In this document: in pieces, positions 17,796 to 27,953 of the stretch
Numbering within the stretch: position 1 is the stretch's first letter
Layout of the letters: each line of letters begins with the position of its first letter
Virus record (IMG/VR): IMGVR_UViG_3300045107_000065
Span: 1 to 37,147 of that record
Length of the DNA stretch: 37,147 nucleotides
Direction: 5' to 3' (one strand)
Source: a virus
Lineage: Duplodnaviria; Caudoviricetes
Program-made: the position numbers and the translations under genes
Notes under the pieces: model-generated
The model's database searches: none
What the model was told of the DNA's origin: nothing
The model's input: the letters and a program-made list of their open reading frames with translations, nothing else

Positions 17796-18349
17796 GACGG
17801 ACGTTTTATGTGTTCCCTGATTACCTGGTAGGCCTTGTCCGGCTTTCCCGCTTCCTCATCTCCCCTGTTCTCGTACGCCCAGGCTACATAAGCCTTTATT
17901 GCGTCTGTCACCCATTTGGGCGAATTGCCGGAATATCCTACGTTATAGGTAGCCGTCAAAGGAGCGCAGTGTGTAGAGATGAGCTTCGGAAATCTTGTGC
18001 CTAGCCAACGGGCATCCGTGATCGCATTGCCATCCAGGTCACTTAGAGATATGTCACTTGTAACAGGCCCCGGAAACTCAAGATACCCCGCCTCACATCT
18101 TGCCGATACTTCGATAGTCTTAGGGATTACATGAACCCAGGTTTTAGCCTCTACCCACTGACGGGCTTCGCTTATCATCGCCTCAATCAGGTCATCGTCA
18201 AACGTGAAATCGTCGGAGGGACTATCCTCATTAGTAACATACCCCTCGAGTCGTAAGTAGTCCTTCATCTCCTGGAGACCCACCGGCTCTGATACCGGTG
18301 GGCTTTCCCCAGAAGTGATTTCTACGTTAATGATCTGATTTATTTTCAT
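17786..18349 (-). CDS. head-tail connector (HK97 gp6-like)
   Basis: EPV.L.EMK.YLR, DDDLI..MI..AR..VE and AI...VA..YENRGDE; start at 18349 (TGATG overlap). Confidence 0.85.
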   Translation of the reverse strand: MKINQIINVEITSGESPPVSEPVGLQEMKDYLRLEGYVTNEDSPSDDFTFDDDLIEAMISEARQWVEAKTWVHVIPKTIEVSARCEAGYLEFPGPVTSDISLSDLDGNAITDARWLGTRFPKLISTHCAPLTATYNVGYSGNSPKWVTDAIKAYVAWAYENRGDEEAGKPDKAYQVIREHIKRPSWG

Positions 18350-19662
18350 CAGTATGATGCGCTGATAGCTGAAGCGTCTGCCAGGAAGTCTCCGTAGATA
18401 CACCTGTCAGCCCTGTCCATTGCAAACGTGATTCTTTCCTCGATTACCACGGTCACCATGTTTTTGATCGCGTCGTCTTCGTTCTGGTCATAGAACCGAA
18501 CGGAGAGACCAGCGCGCTGGCCGATCTTACCCTTAGAGAAGTCACCCAGGAAGTATTTCCCGGAAGTCACAGCCGTGTGGGCGATAATCGGCATGCCGTA
18601 CAGGTTGGGAAGCGTCGCATTGGGCGCGCCCAGGATATACTGACCGGTCGTGTCCTTAGTCAAAAGGAGCTTACCGTAATCAGTAGGGTGCATCAGCACG
18701 CCACTACCCGCTACTTTCAGGTTCCGCAAGTGAGTCCATGCGGCTACCAGTACGTCGTAGTTGGTAGTCTTGAGGATTGAGTTTGCCATGCCAGCCGCGC
18801 TCGCGCTGAAAGCGGTCGAGTTGAATGTCTGATTCAATCCCTTAAACTCGCCGGCTGAACTGTTGGTGAGCAGAAGGGTGTCCTCTTTTGCAAGAAGTTC
18901 CTCAACACCTACGCCGGTGATCTCATCCTGAAGCCAAACAATGTCGGCCAGGTATTCCTCGGGTATCTTGTAGTAGTGAGCGATCTTGGTAATTGGTACG
19001 ACCGTCTTTACCCAATCGCGGTCTGATTGTGGTTTTGCCGAACCGGCTGAAACTGTGGTGGGGCCACCTTCACCGGCCGAATCGCGAATCACATACACAT
19101 CTGTTCCTTCTCCCTGCGGAACCACCCTGAACACGTCGCGCACGTGACGCTGTTCGTAAGGGGTCCGGCCCGGTTCAAAGAACATGGCCGGGGCTACAAA
19201 CCCTTGCGTTCCCGATACCGTGAAATTCGAGGACCCGATATTGCCCACAGTCTTGCGCTGAAAGTTGTCCAGTTCGAACTGTAAGGCTCTGCGGCCTGAC
19301 TTCGTGTACGATTTCAGGCTGTCTTTGTGCGTCTCCAGGGCTTTTCTCAAAGAACCCTGATAGCTGCCGTCGCCGGGGATAACAATTGTTTTTCCCTTTG
19401 CGATCTGCTCGTCAATCCATTTCTGATTGGCTTCATCAGCCTTTTCCTTTTCGATCTTCCATTGTTTGAGGCCCTTTACGTCCTCATTTTCGCTCATCAT
19501 TGCCTTGAGAGCGTCCGCGGTCTTTACACCAAATGCCTTTTCCACTTCGGCGATAACCAAAGTGTTCATCTCTTTTTTGATCTCGGACTTGGCTTTCTCT
19601 GTTGCGGTTTTTTCAACTTGCTCTTGCAAGTTTTGAAGCTGCTGCTCCAATGTCTCTGCCAT
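18349..19662 (-). CDS. major capsid protein, HK97 fold with N-terminal delta domain
   Basis: Coiled-coil N-terminus; KIAHY, MHP.D...L...KD..GQY, LYGMP, GDFS and NMVTV..EER motifs. Confidence 0.93.
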   Translation of the reverse strand: MAETLEQQLQNLQEQVEKTATEKAKSEIKKEMNTLVIAEVEKAFGVKTADALKAMMSENEDVKGLKQWKIEKEKADEANQKWIDEQIAKGKTIVIPGDGSYQGSLRKALETHKDSLKSYTKSGRRALQFELDNFQRKTVGNIGSSNFTVSGTQGFVAPAMFFEPGRTPYEQRHVRDVFRVVPQGEGTDVYVIRDSAGEGGPTTVSAGSAKPQSDRDWVKTVVPITKIAHYYKIPEEYLADIVWLQDEITGVGVEELLAKEDTLLLTNSSAGEFKGLNQTFNSTAFSASAAGMANSILKTTNYDVLVAAWTHLRNLKVAGSGVLMHPTDYGKLLLTKDTTGQYILGAPNATLPNLYGMPIIAHTAVTSGKYFLGDFSKGKIGQRAGLSVRFYDQNEDDAIKNMVTVVIEERITFAMDRADRCIYGDFLADASAISASY

Positions 19663-20398
19663 CTTGTTGCCGTTTTAAATTGTTAATGAATCGATTGATC
19701 ACTAACAACTTTTCATCATTTTCCGGCTCGACTGCCTGGGAGGCGGGTAGAGTGGTGAGAGAGTAAAGTTGTGATAGTTTTTCCGTTATTTGGGCCATCT
19801 TCATTTCGATGAGTTCAAATGTCTCATCGGTAAGATGCCCCTGCCTAAATAACTTAGTAAAATTACTAAGTTCCTTGACGGTGTCAAAAAAATTTTTTTC
19901 CGCTTCCTCTTTGGTCATGGATTTTCCCACAGATAGAGTCGGCGTATTGGGATTTGCTCCCCACAAAACGGCGGAGCCTTCATATAACAAAACTTCTTTA
20001 ATCAACCGGTATTCATCAGCCGTTCCGGCGTTCACAGGTTCTGACTTGATTAACCGGAATCCTATTGAGTGCTGATTGATTACCCCGCTTTTGTACATTT
20101 CCAGCGTATCATTTCCCCAGGCGGTTTTTTGTACGGGAGTCACAAACACGAGCTTATTGTTTTCCGTATAAATCTCGGTAGGCTTACCCAGGGCGTTCTT
20201 GAGCGAAGGATTATGATCAGTGAGATGCCATATAAGATTTGCTCCTTTCGGGCCTCTTTCCCTGACAGTTTTCTCGTAAGCGCCTGGCGAGATCACGTCG
20301 CCATCCAAGTCTTTATTCCCCATTTCGGAGACGGCCACTTTCACCGTCCGCGAGTCAATATCGGCAACGCTGCCCGTTATGGTTTTTATTTCGTACAT
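19613..20398 (-). CDS. prohead maturation protease (HK97-type)
   Basis: D.DGDVI..GA, DH, HSIGF and L.EGSAV.WGANP motifs. Confidence 0.92.
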   Translation of the reverse strand: MYEIKTITGSVADIDSRTVKVAVSEMGNKDLDGDVISPGAYEKTVRERGPKGANLIWHLTDHNPSLKNALGKPTEIYTENNKLVFVTPVQKTAWGNDTLEMYKSGVINQHSIGFRLIKSEPVNAGTADEYRLIKEVLLYEGSAVLWGANPNTPTLSVGKSMTKEEAEKNFFDTVKELSNFTKLFRQGHLTDETFELIEMKMAQITEKLSQLYSLTTLPASQAVEPENDEKLLVINRFINNLKRQQDGRDIGAAASKLARAS

Positions 20399-20407
20399 AG
20401 AATTGAA

Positions 20408-21271
20408 TTATATGGTTATCACTTCTCTGGGTCTCATCGGATGAACAATTACCGTCGATCTCCTTTTAGGAATAAGATTTCCATCCTTATCCCGTTTATA
20501 GGAATAGCTCACGGCGCACCTGCAATTGATCGTGGATTCCGCTTTCGCCCTCGGGTCGCCGGGGAAATCCAGGTGGTCTCCATTGCGAGGGTCGATAAAA
20601 AAAGCATCCTCATCAACTACAGTTCCGTTTAAGTCCCAGTGATCCGCATGATCTTTGGCGTGCCTGCCCCTTGTTCTGAAATCCTCTACGGCTATCCATT
20701 CCTTCACCTGCTGCCACTCGCTGGTAGCGTTCTGCGCTTTGGCCCCCGTATTGGCCGCCCGATTCACCTCGGTTCTCGCTATCCTTGCCGCTTGGTACTT
20801 CTCAAAGGGCCAGTTTTCCAGTTCGTCAATCATCTGATCCGTCGAAAGCCCTCTTTGCTGCATGTCATCCAGCGCGGCTAAAAGCGCGTCCCTCGTCGTC
20901 TCGTTGATCTGTATGGTTACCTTATCCAGTAAGAACTTATTCAGGAAGTCGGTTATAAAAGCAATCCACTGCTCGTTATACCCGAACCCCTTCAAAGTTA
21001 CTAAACTTTTTAGTCTTGAATAGTTAAGTCTTGCGTGGCGGGACCCGACCTCCACATACAGTTCTCGGATTATCTTGGTAAGTTGTGGATTGGAGATGTC
21101 TTTAGCGAGAAACGCCCTGGCCTCATGAATAGAGTCTTTGAGCCTGTCAGATACTTCGGCTGTCTTGGAGTGGATAGCTTTCCTTATTCTGGGGTAGTAA
21201 TAATCCTCCAGCTTCCTATTGATCCTCGAATACTCCGTTATGAACTCCTCCCTTGTCATGACAGTTTTCAC
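20408..21271 (-). CDS. Mu F / SPP1 gp7-like minor head protein
   Basis: AARIARTE, KEW....D.RTR...H, FPGDP and INCRC motifs. Confidence 0.9.
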   Translation of the reverse strand: MKTVMTREEFITEYSRINRKLEDYYYPRIRKAIHSKTAEVSDRLKDSIHEARAFLAKDISNPQLTKIIRELYVEVGSRHARLNYSRLKSLVTLKGFGYNEQWIAFITDFLNKFLLDKVTIQINETTRDALLAALDDMQQRGLSTDQMIDELENWPFEKYQAARIARTEVNRAANTGAKAQNATSEWQQVKEWIAVEDFRTRGRHAKDHADHWDLNGTVVDEDAFFIDPRNGDHLDFPGDPRAKAESTINCRCAVSYSYKRDKDGNLIPKRRSTVIVHPMRPREVITI

Positions 21272-21368
21272 ATATTATCACTTCGGTCTCCCTTCTTTGT
21301 TTCAGCACGTAGAAAACCAGCCTGTAAAACGAATACACTTCTCTCCCGCAGATATTACAATCTTTCAC
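21216..21368 (-). CDS. small Zn-finger protein (about 50 aa)
   Basis: Manual translation from GTG: MKDCNICGREVYSF...IICENCHDK; two CxxC pairs; start uncertain. Confidence 0.5.
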   Translation of the reverse strand: MKDCNICGREVYSFYRLVFYVLKQRRETEVIICENCHDKGGVHNGVFEDQ

Positions 21369-21387
21369 ACCAGTTTCATGCTCGAAC

Positions 21388-21552
21388 TCATACGTGATTA
21401 GCGTCGTACAGCTTTTTGGCTAGCTGTTCACGAAGATATTGCCTTTTTTGCCGCTCGTAGCGGCACTTAGCCTCCTTAGGGTCGTAGGGGTATTTCTCCT
21501 CTACCTGACGCTTAATTTCCGGCCTGTCCTTGTAAATTCGTTTGAGCGTCAT
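21388..21552 (-). CDS. small basic hypothetical protein (54 aa)
   Basis: Manual translation MTLKRIYKDRPEIKRQVEEKYPYD...; fills the gap after the portal gene. Confidence 0.55.
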   Translation of the reverse strand: MTLKRIYKDRPEIKRQVEEKYPYDPKEAKCRYERQKRQYLREQLAKKLYDANHV

Positions 21553-22912
21553 TTAAAGCTTGATCTACCTGGTTCATAGAATAATCACTTAGCGGCATCC
21601 TTCCCATTGACATTACCCACGGCTCTGACATCTGCGGGTCAGGGAGTGCGGCAAGCCCGGCCAGTTCCCTTTGTTCATTCGGGCTGATGGCGATGATCTT
21701 GCTTGACCACTCGGCGACATCCTTTGCGTCACTGGAAAGCTCCGAATATACGGTCATGTCGAAGTCATACACCCAATTAGGCTTAAAGCCCCAATCCTTC
21801 TTAGCCTTTCGGTTGAAAGCGTCCTTGTGGGCGCAAAGGTGCGGAAGTACGCAACGGGACGTAAGAGCCTTCTCGCCCTCCTTCTGATTATTGAAGGTCT
21901 TATTCTCCGGGTCGTTGAGAAGTTGAGAAGGTAGCCCCCCGAATACGTTGCAGATGAACCGTAAGTCCTGGATATTAGACGCAATCATCTCCATCTCCTG
22001 ATTAGTCAGTCCGACGGGAAGCCAACCCATATCATAAGCTCCTAGCCCTATTCTTCCAGTGTTAGCTGATCCCGTCCATTCGTTTATCATCGTTTCTTTC
22101 AACCGGGAGACCTCGCCCAAAAGATCATCCGCTTCCACCTGACCCGGTTGGGCTTTCATGTGAAGTATTCCGCTGATGCCCCTGTTTTCATACATTGCCG
22201 CTTCGGAATCGGTCAGTGAGTTATTTTTCTTCAATCTACGTAATGCAGCCTTTAGCGGGGCCTGCCCGTAAAGATGCGAGCCGCTATGACCCCACTCGGG
22301 ATTGAAGAACTTCTCATGAAGGACTTCCTCCGGCGACCATTTAACCGACCAGTTTGAAAGAATGTAGGAATTGATAGTTGCGGGAAATGAATCAACCGCA
22401 TCAATGGAGACGTGTTGCGCCGGAGGCACCTGAAGCGAATCGGGAACCGAAGCGTTGGCCCCGGCTCCTAGTGGAGTTGCTTTGGTGTAAGCGTTTCCGG
22501 TGATGAGTTTATAGGTTATAACGGCCTCGATGTAATCGGAATAGCTCATCTGTTCGTTGGGGTTCATTAAAAGCTCTCCCCACTTGCCTGTATTGGTGAC
22601 AGGCTTGAGTGCCTTTTGCTGAAGTTTCACCGCCTTTGAGTAGTCTGTTAGTTGCCATGCTGGCCTTTTCATCAGAACGGATAACTGCTTATACGCCTGC
22701 TCATCTTCCACGGTATAGATGCCAAAGGGGGCTATCCTGCACTTATCCGTAATAAGTCTGATCGCTGAATATACGAGATCGTTATAAGAGTAGCCTTTGT
22801 CAATATAGGTCTGCTGCCTCGTGTCGTAACTTAGCACCCGATTGCCCATGAAGGCAAACGCAGATGGCAGATTAGCCGCCTTGACCCTTCTTTTTAACAG
22901 ACTTTCCCGCAT
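21512..22912 (-). CDS. portal protein (HK97-type)
   Basis: PN..M, L.TGNAY, EEVLH.K, LYGQAPL and ICNVFG..PS.LLND...TFNN motifs. Confidence 0.93.
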   Translation of the reverse strand: MRESLLKRRVKAANLPSAFAFMGNRVLSYDTRQQTYIDKGYSYNDLVYSAIRLITDKCRIAPFGIYTVEDEQAYKQLSVLMKRPAWQLTDYSKAVKLQQKALKPVTNTGKWGELLMNPNEQMSYSDYIEAVITYKLITGNAYTKATPLGAGANASVPDSLQVPPAQHVSIDAVDSFPATINSYILSNWSVKWSPEEVLHEKFFNPEWGHSGSHLYGQAPLKAALRRLKKNNSLTDSEAAMYENRGISGILHMKAQPGQVEADDLLGEVSRLKETMINEWTGSANTGRIGLGAYDMGWLPVGLTNQEMEMIASNIQDLRFICNVFGGLPSQLLNDPENKTFNNQKEGEKALTSRCVLPHLCAHKDAFNRKAKKDWGFKPNWVYDFDMTVYSELSSDAKDVAEWSSKIIAISPNEQRELAGLAALPDPQMSEPWVMSMGRMPLSDYSMNQVDQALNDAQTNLQGQAGN

Positions 22913-23045
22913 TTATTACGTTTGTCAAATTTACAATAATTTCCTCGCAAGACTTTGCTATAATTTCCGACAGGTTAGATAGCAGTGTGAATAACCACTC
23001 AAACAGGTATGCCATCACTAAGGGTAGATAGATGATCTTTCTCAT
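22872..23045 (-). CDS. small hypothetical protein (57 aa)
   Basis: Manual translation MRKIIYLPLVMAYLFEWLF...; ATGA-coupled to terL. Confidence 0.5.
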   Translation of the reverse strand: MRKIIYLPLVMAYLFEWLFTLLSNLSEIIAKSCEEIIVNLTNVINAGKSVKKKGQGG

Positions 23046-24406
23046 ATTCTCGTTGCCGTTATTACGAATTTAGGCTTCAGTTCAAAATACTCCCTCATCA
23101 GGATAGCGTCCCAAAAGTCGGGGCTTCTGCCTATCCTTTCCTTTACCTGCTCCTTTGGGATAAGGGCTTTTTTCATATCGCTATCCATCGTCTTTTGCTT
23201 CACCTGCTCAAGCTCCTCAATGATGAGCGGCTTCATCCAGTCCTCGCACTCAAGATATATTCCATTGGCGTTTATCCGTTCGGCCATCCGGTAGCCGCAC
23301 TGTGATTTAAGGTTGTTAAAATTCTCCTTCACGGGCTTTCCGTCAGGCCCGACAGGCTTCTTTGGGTCGGGTAGAGGAGTTGACCCATTGACAAACCCCT
23401 TAAACCCGCCGAAATCCTCTATACCCGAACCAATGCCGTCGGAATCTACAAGTACGTCGCTTTTACCAAGTCCGTTTCTTATCCTTGCCGCCTCGATGTT
23501 TGTCGCGGTAACCGTTAACTTCTCCTTGTCGTAGGCGGAAACCTTCCCGTAAAATCCAAACCACTCAATAATGACTATCCTGTCTCCTCCAAGCCTGGCT
23601 ATATCCGCCGTTATACATTTTCTGCCCTCTTTTTTAATGTGCGTGTTCGTAAACACCTCGCACGCCTTCTCATAGTCTATGAGCGTCGCCGGGTCATCAT
23701 CATATTCCCAATTCCCATAAAGCAGCCTCTCTCTTTCCGCCTTGGTTAGCGTTCGCTCCAGTTGCTCGATATATCCCCCCGGAAGCATCTTGTTATCTGT
23801 AGGGAGTGCCTGGATAAACCGCTTATGTCCGTCAAGTTTTCCCTCCTTCCATGGCTTATAATAGTCACGGTACAGGAAGTTCTTTGACGGATTAGCCGTC
23901 TGAAGGAACTTTGGTACTAATCTGTAAGTATCGTTTTTCCACCTGCCTATTGAAGCCTGGAGGGCGTTTTTTGCTGCCTCATGCCACTCCCCCGTTTCCT
24001 CGCCCCATCCCCTTGTAAACTGCATCGACCCGAATCTCATATAGAGAGGATCCGACGGCATATAAGCTACGTCGATCAGGTAAACCCTCGATTTGTTATA
24101 AAGCTCGTAAAAGTTGTACTGCCCATTGAACTTTGAATAACCCGTTAAGCTAATGCCCCAATCCTGAAAGCACTCGTTAATCGATGGTAGCGTGAAACGC
24201 ATAAGGTCGGATAATCTGTTTCTGGCTATGAAGTAATACGTTTCTGGATAGGTTAGCGCGTCACCGAATATCAGCTTACATCCCGTGAATGACTTCGCTC
24301 CACCCTTCGCGCCGCCATAAACAATATCCGTCGCCGAGTTGTCCACCCAGGCCCTGCAACATTCTTTTTGCTTTTCATTACCTCTTGTGTCAAACTCAAG
24401 AATCAC
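23042..24406 (-). CDS. terL: terminase large subunit
   Basis: Walker A YGGAKGGAKS, Walker B-like WGEE, TANP, nuclease ADIAR.GGD and SPDFWDA. Confidence 0.93.
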   Translation of the reverse strand: MILEFDTRGNEKQKECCRAWVDNSATDIVYGGAKGGAKSFTGCKLIFGDALTYPETYYFIARNRLSDLMRFTLPSINECFQDWGISLTGYSKFNGQYNFYELYNKSRVYLIDVAYMPSDPLYMRFGSMQFTRGWGEETGEWHEAAKNALQASIGRWKNDTYRLVPKFLQTANPSKNFLYRDYYKPWKEGKLDGHKRFIQALPTDNKMLPGGYIEQLERTLTKAERERLLYGNWEYDDDPATLIDYEKACEVFTNTHIKKEGRKCITADIARLGGDRIVIIEWFGFYGKVSAYDKEKLTVTATNIEAARIRNGLGKSDVLVDSDGIGSGIEDFGGFKGFVNGSTPLPDPKKPVGPDGKPVKENFNNLKSQCGYRMAERINANGIYLECEDWMKPLIIEELEQVKQKTMDSDMKKALIPKEQVKERIGRSPDFWDAILMREYFELKPKFVITATRI

Positions 24407-24974
24407 GTAAGTCGAATGTTTTAAACTCCTCCATGGAGGGAAATCTTTCCCCAGTCTTTTTCATGATACAGTACACATTCCAGCCGTCGTGGAAGTTCCC
24501 GAGGGCAGGATGTTCGTCCAACATCTTAATATCAATATCCGAATAATGCGACATCTGCTCCCAAAATGTCTTGGTATAGTAAACGCCGCAGTGACCGGGC
24601 CAGTTCCTTGTCTTTGGATTGGCACATATGATCGTCCCGCCTGTTTTACAAAGCTCAAATATATTCTTGTGGCATTGATACATTCGCTGCATGTCAAACT
24701 CGCCGACATTACAGCAATGCTCCGATGACCCGAAATTAGTCACCAGGTCGAACTGTCCCAGATAGAAGGGCTTGGTAAAGTCGAGTTGTAAAGCCCCGTT
24801 TTTCCCGTTCAGGTCTATGCAGACATACGAGATACTTCTTCTCTTGTACCACTCGCTCATGTACTCCCATGGCTTTGGCCGGGAATAGTTGATCTGATCG
24901 CCGAGTTCGACAACCCAACTTACGCCATCAATATGTTTTTCCAGTAATTCTATGTCGAACGCCGTTACTCCCAT
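24396..24974 (-). CDS. class I SAM-dependent methyltransferase
   Basis: VVELG, Y..ID, FDLVTNFGSSEH and L.K.GG motifs. Confidence 0.75.
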   Translation of the reverse strand: MGVTAFDIELLEKHIDGVSWVVELGDQINYSRPKPWEYMSEWYKRRSISYVCIDLNGKNGALQLDFTKPFYLGQFDLVTNFGSSEHCCNVGEFDMQRMYQCHKNIFELCKTGGTIICANPKTRNWPGHCGVYYTKTFWEQMSHYSDIDIKMLDEHPALGNFHDGWNVYCIMKKTGERFPSMEEFKTFDLRDS

Positions 24975-24976
24975 AG

Positions 24977-25591
24977 TTATATGCTTAACATTGATCCCGT
25001 ATTGCGTTTAATGTATATCAAATTTTCCGCATTGTAGGAAAGAACCCTGTACCCTTTCATTATCCTGTCAAACTCTGCCCTGTGCTTCCCGTTCCACTCG
25101 ATTATGGCCATTCTAATACCCAGGTCGATTAATGGGATGAATGTCAATACCTCAAGCTCCATCCCCTCTATGTCTATCGAAAGCAGATCAATCTTTTTTA
25201 TGCCGGAACGGCTGATGATCGTAGGAATATCCATCATCTCAACCTCTACAGGTTCAAATTCTACTCCCGGCCATCGGCTACTCTCCTCGACCTTTGTGCT
25301 GGAAACGAGCGCGACATCATTACAGTTTATCAGGCTTCCAGACTGATTAAGTACGATTCTCCCATTAACCGGACCCGCCGCCGCGTGGATATTCACGTCA
25401 TCCGGCCTGTTTATGACAAGCCTCTCGTAAGCCTTTGGGCTTGCCTCCACATTAACGCCCCTCCATCCATTGATATATAGGGCATGGGTATTGCTAAACG
25501 TTACTCCGTCATTAGCCCCTATATCCAGATAGGTTCCTAATCCAGTGAAATAGTCTGCGATAATCTTTTCTTCTTCATTCTGCGAGTACAT
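24977..25591 (-). CDS. FkbM-family methyltransferase
   Basis: YSQ..EE, YLDIGANDG..FSNT, GWRG..VE and IDLLSIDIEG.E motifs. Confidence 0.9.
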   Translation of the reverse strand: MYSQNEEEKIIADYFTGLGTYLDIGANDGVTFSNTHALYINGWRGVNVEASPKAYERLVINRPDDVNIHAAAGPVNGRIVLNQSGSLINCNDVALVSSTKVEESSRWPGVEFEPVEVEMMDIPTIISRSGIKKIDLLSIDIEGMELEVLTFIPLIDLGIRMAIIEWNGKHRAEFDRIMKGYRVLSYNAENLIYIKRNTGSMLSI

Positions 25592-26265
25592 TACACCCCC
25601 TTGTTTATGATTGAGCAATCGGGAAAGTCCTTTAGCCTATCCCCGTAACAAAAGCCATCGCCATATTCCTTTAGCTCTATTCCCGCCTTCCACAAGAGCA
25701 GGGAAAGAACAGCCTGGTCGTGTCTGTGGGGGCTTTTCAGTCCGTCATCATTAAAGCTGCCGATCTGCCCCTGTCTTACCCATTCATTAAAAACCTCCAC
25801 GGTTATGGTATGGTCAAAATCGAAATAAACGCAACAGGCCATGATCTGTCTAACCCCTTCAATATCCCTGATCGATTCCACGCCGCAGTTGGTTACCGCC
25901 CGAAAGTTTATCCACCTGTCAAGGGGATGACCCTCATTGTTCCACGCTGTTATGGGGCCTTCCAGCTTAGGAACCTTTAGCATCCTACATGTTGAATCCA
26001 TCCATAGTATCTTCTTATGTCCGGCCTCTACCGCCTCCCTTATGAGCATAGGCTTAAACTGGTATGGCTTCTGCGAGTGAACGTCGCAATCTTTCGGCCA
26101 CCTGCCCGTAATGATTTCAACGCCCCTGAATTCCTTACAATAGCCGTCAGCCGCCATCAGGTAATAAGGCCCATTGAACCCCGCGTTCATGCAGGATTCG
26201 ATCATTCGCAATTGTGCGCCCCGATATTCCTCTCTGCCCTTTGAGGCGAATGAAACGACTGTCAT
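25591..26265 (-). CDS. GT-A-like glycosyltransferase (DUF1647-like)
   Basis: Y.FKP..I, ILWMDS and RHDQAVLSLL motifs. Confidence 0.65.
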   Translation of the reverse strand: MTVVSFASKGREEYRGAQLRMIESCMNAGFNGPYYLMAADGYCKEFRGVEIITGRWPKDCDVHSQKPYQFKPMLIREAVEAGHKKILWMDSTCRMLKVPKLEGPITAWNNEGHPLDRWINFRAVTNCGVESIRDIEGVRQIMACCVYFDFDHTITVEVFNEWVRQGQIGSFNDDGLKSPHRHDQAVLSLLLWKAGIELKEYGDGFCYGDRLKDFPDCSIINKGV

Positions 26266-26816
26266 AGTTTATGTATCCCTGTTCTAAAGTCGTAATGATA
26301 AAGATCCTTGTCTATGAATACTTCGGTCTGTATAAGCCCCGAATCGTTGATCAACTTACTCCACGCGTAATCCTCGCCATAGCTGACTTCCGGGAACCTG
26401 AATTGCGAAGCGATCTCCCTTTTGATAGGGCAGATGTGATTGTGCCAGCGAAGGATCTTCCCGTCCTGCACTCCGTAAGGATGCCCCTTTCGTATCTCAA
26501 AGTCTACCCTTCTCTGTCCGTTGGTGGTCATGTAACCCCTGAACCCTACCGCATCGGGACCCTGGTCAATCGCCTCCATGATGGAAGAAATGTAATCCTG
26601 GGCTATCTTGTCATCGTCATCTATAAACACTACGTATTCACCCTTTGCCTGGGCGATAAGATCGTTTCTTTTTGTGCCGACAGGCTTTTCGGGGCTTGCG
26701 TCGCAAAGCACCTCAATCCCATCATAAGGAAGTATCTGGGCAAAAAGCTCCGTTTTGAGTCGTCCCAAATGGGCCACCCTGGACGGTATTGAGCATATAA
26801 GGACTGATAGTTTCAC
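26262..26816 (-). CDS. GT2 glycosyltransferase
   Basis: LSVLI, G.KRN.LI..AKGEYVVFIDDDD and GED motifs. Confidence 0.9.
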   Translation of the reverse strand: MKLSVLICSIPSRVAHLGRLKTELFAQILPYDGIEVLCDASPEKPVGTKRNDLIAQAKGEYVVFIDDDDKIAQDYISSIMEAIDQGPDAVGFRGYMTTNGQRRVDFEIRKGHPYGVQDGKILRWHNHICPIKREIASQFRFPEVSYGEDYAWSKLINDSGLIQTEVFIDKDLYHYDFRTGIHKL

Positions 26817-27472
26817 GGAAACCCCGCCTCCTTGCGCGCTCTGTAGTTGGCAGAATCAGCCGCCCATGTCTCCCTTTCCAATTTGTACTGATCGTCCGAA
26901 ACGGGGAATCCTGCAGCCGGGTGTTCATGGTAGAATATGGGAATTTCAACCTCTTTTAGCCTGCCTCTTCTCCTTGCTACCTCGGTCGCCTCGTTATCGC
27001 AGTGCGTCCGCTTGTAGGACGGATGATAGATATACCCGTCCCGCTTATAGTAGTCGGCTCCCATTATTGAGACAATGGAAATCCTTTCGTTTCTATGTAG
27101 CCGTGCCTGGTTATCCGCAAACGGTTCCGGAAACAGGCAGAAGTCATCCGGCCCGCAATGCTGCCTGATTATATCGTCAAATCCCGGGGCGGTGAATATA
27201 ATGTCGTCAGAAGTATTGACAAGGATGTCGAATTTCATGCCTACCGGACCCCTGTTGATAGCGTCTATTTTGTCATTTGAGTAGCCAATGACCGAAGACG
27301 CTACAATGTCCTTATTGGTCAGGTATTGGTACAATTTCGCGTCATCCTGATCCAGCACCAAACGTATAAGATAGTTGCCGCGAGCGTTATCCCGGATGCT
27401 TCTTATAGCCCTCGCGCACCTTTCCGGGCGGCTGCGGCTGGCAAGATTGAATAAGATGAATCTACTTTCCAT
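26813..27472 (-). CDS. GT2-like glycosyltransferase
   Basis: SRSRP, K..AIN, DIL...SDD, CDNE and HEHP motifs. Confidence 0.75.
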   Translation of the reverse strand: MESRFILFNLASRSRPERCARAIRSIRDNARGNYLIRLVLDQDDAKLYQYLTNKDIVASSVIGYSNDKIDAINRGPVGMKFDILVNTSDDIIFTAPGFDDIIRQHCGPDDFCLFPEPFADNQARLHRNERISIVSIMGADYYKRDGYIYHPSYKRTHCDNEATEVARRRGRLKEVEIPIFYHEHPAAGFPVSDDQYKLERETWAADSANYRARKEAGFP

Positions 27473-27953
27473 AACTCCTCCTTGGGCTGTTTACTAGCGC
27501 AACAGGAACCCATGTATAACCCAGCCTATCTGTAACGGCCTTAATCCAATCATAATCACCGCTCTCTCTAGCCGTCACATCAGCCAGGTGCTTGTGCTTT
27601 GCATGAAGGATCATACAGGGAAGCCCTATATGACCTCGCTCGATGACGTTAACCGACGGCTTCAGCCTGCCCCCTCTTAGCATCTGACATATTACAGGTT
27701 TATCTTCCGACAAAAAGGGCGCAATCCGCTCTAACGCGCCGGGAATAAGCGTATCGTCGTCATCCAGGAAAAAGAAATAATCTTGAGCTTTGTCTTTTAG
27801 GGCATTGCACATCAAATTATACTCGAAATCTTTTCCCTTACCGGTCCCGTCCATAATGATAGTCGATTTTGGGAAATCGTCAGCCGCCACGGAAGCGAGG
27901 CAGAAGTCCAGGCATGCAGGCCGGTGGGTTCGTATGAGTATATTAACTTTCAA
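27462..27953 (-). CDS. GT2-like glycosyltransferase
   Basis: NILIRT.RP, FFFLDDDD and GDYDWI motifs. Confidence 0.75.
   Translation of the reverse strand: MKVNILIRTHRPACLDFCLASVAADDFPKSTIIMDGTGKGKDFEYNLMCNALKDKAQDYFFFLDDDDTLIPGALERIAPFLSEDKPVICQMLRGGRLKPSVNVIERGHIGLPCMILHAKHKHLADVTARESGDYDWIKAVTDRLGYTWVPVALVNSPRRSYGK

Noticed and set aside
20069-20632. Longer plus-strand ORFs across the structural region (also 26271..26792 and 13464..13868)
   Set aside because: Fully antisense to well-supported genes and without recognisable motifs.
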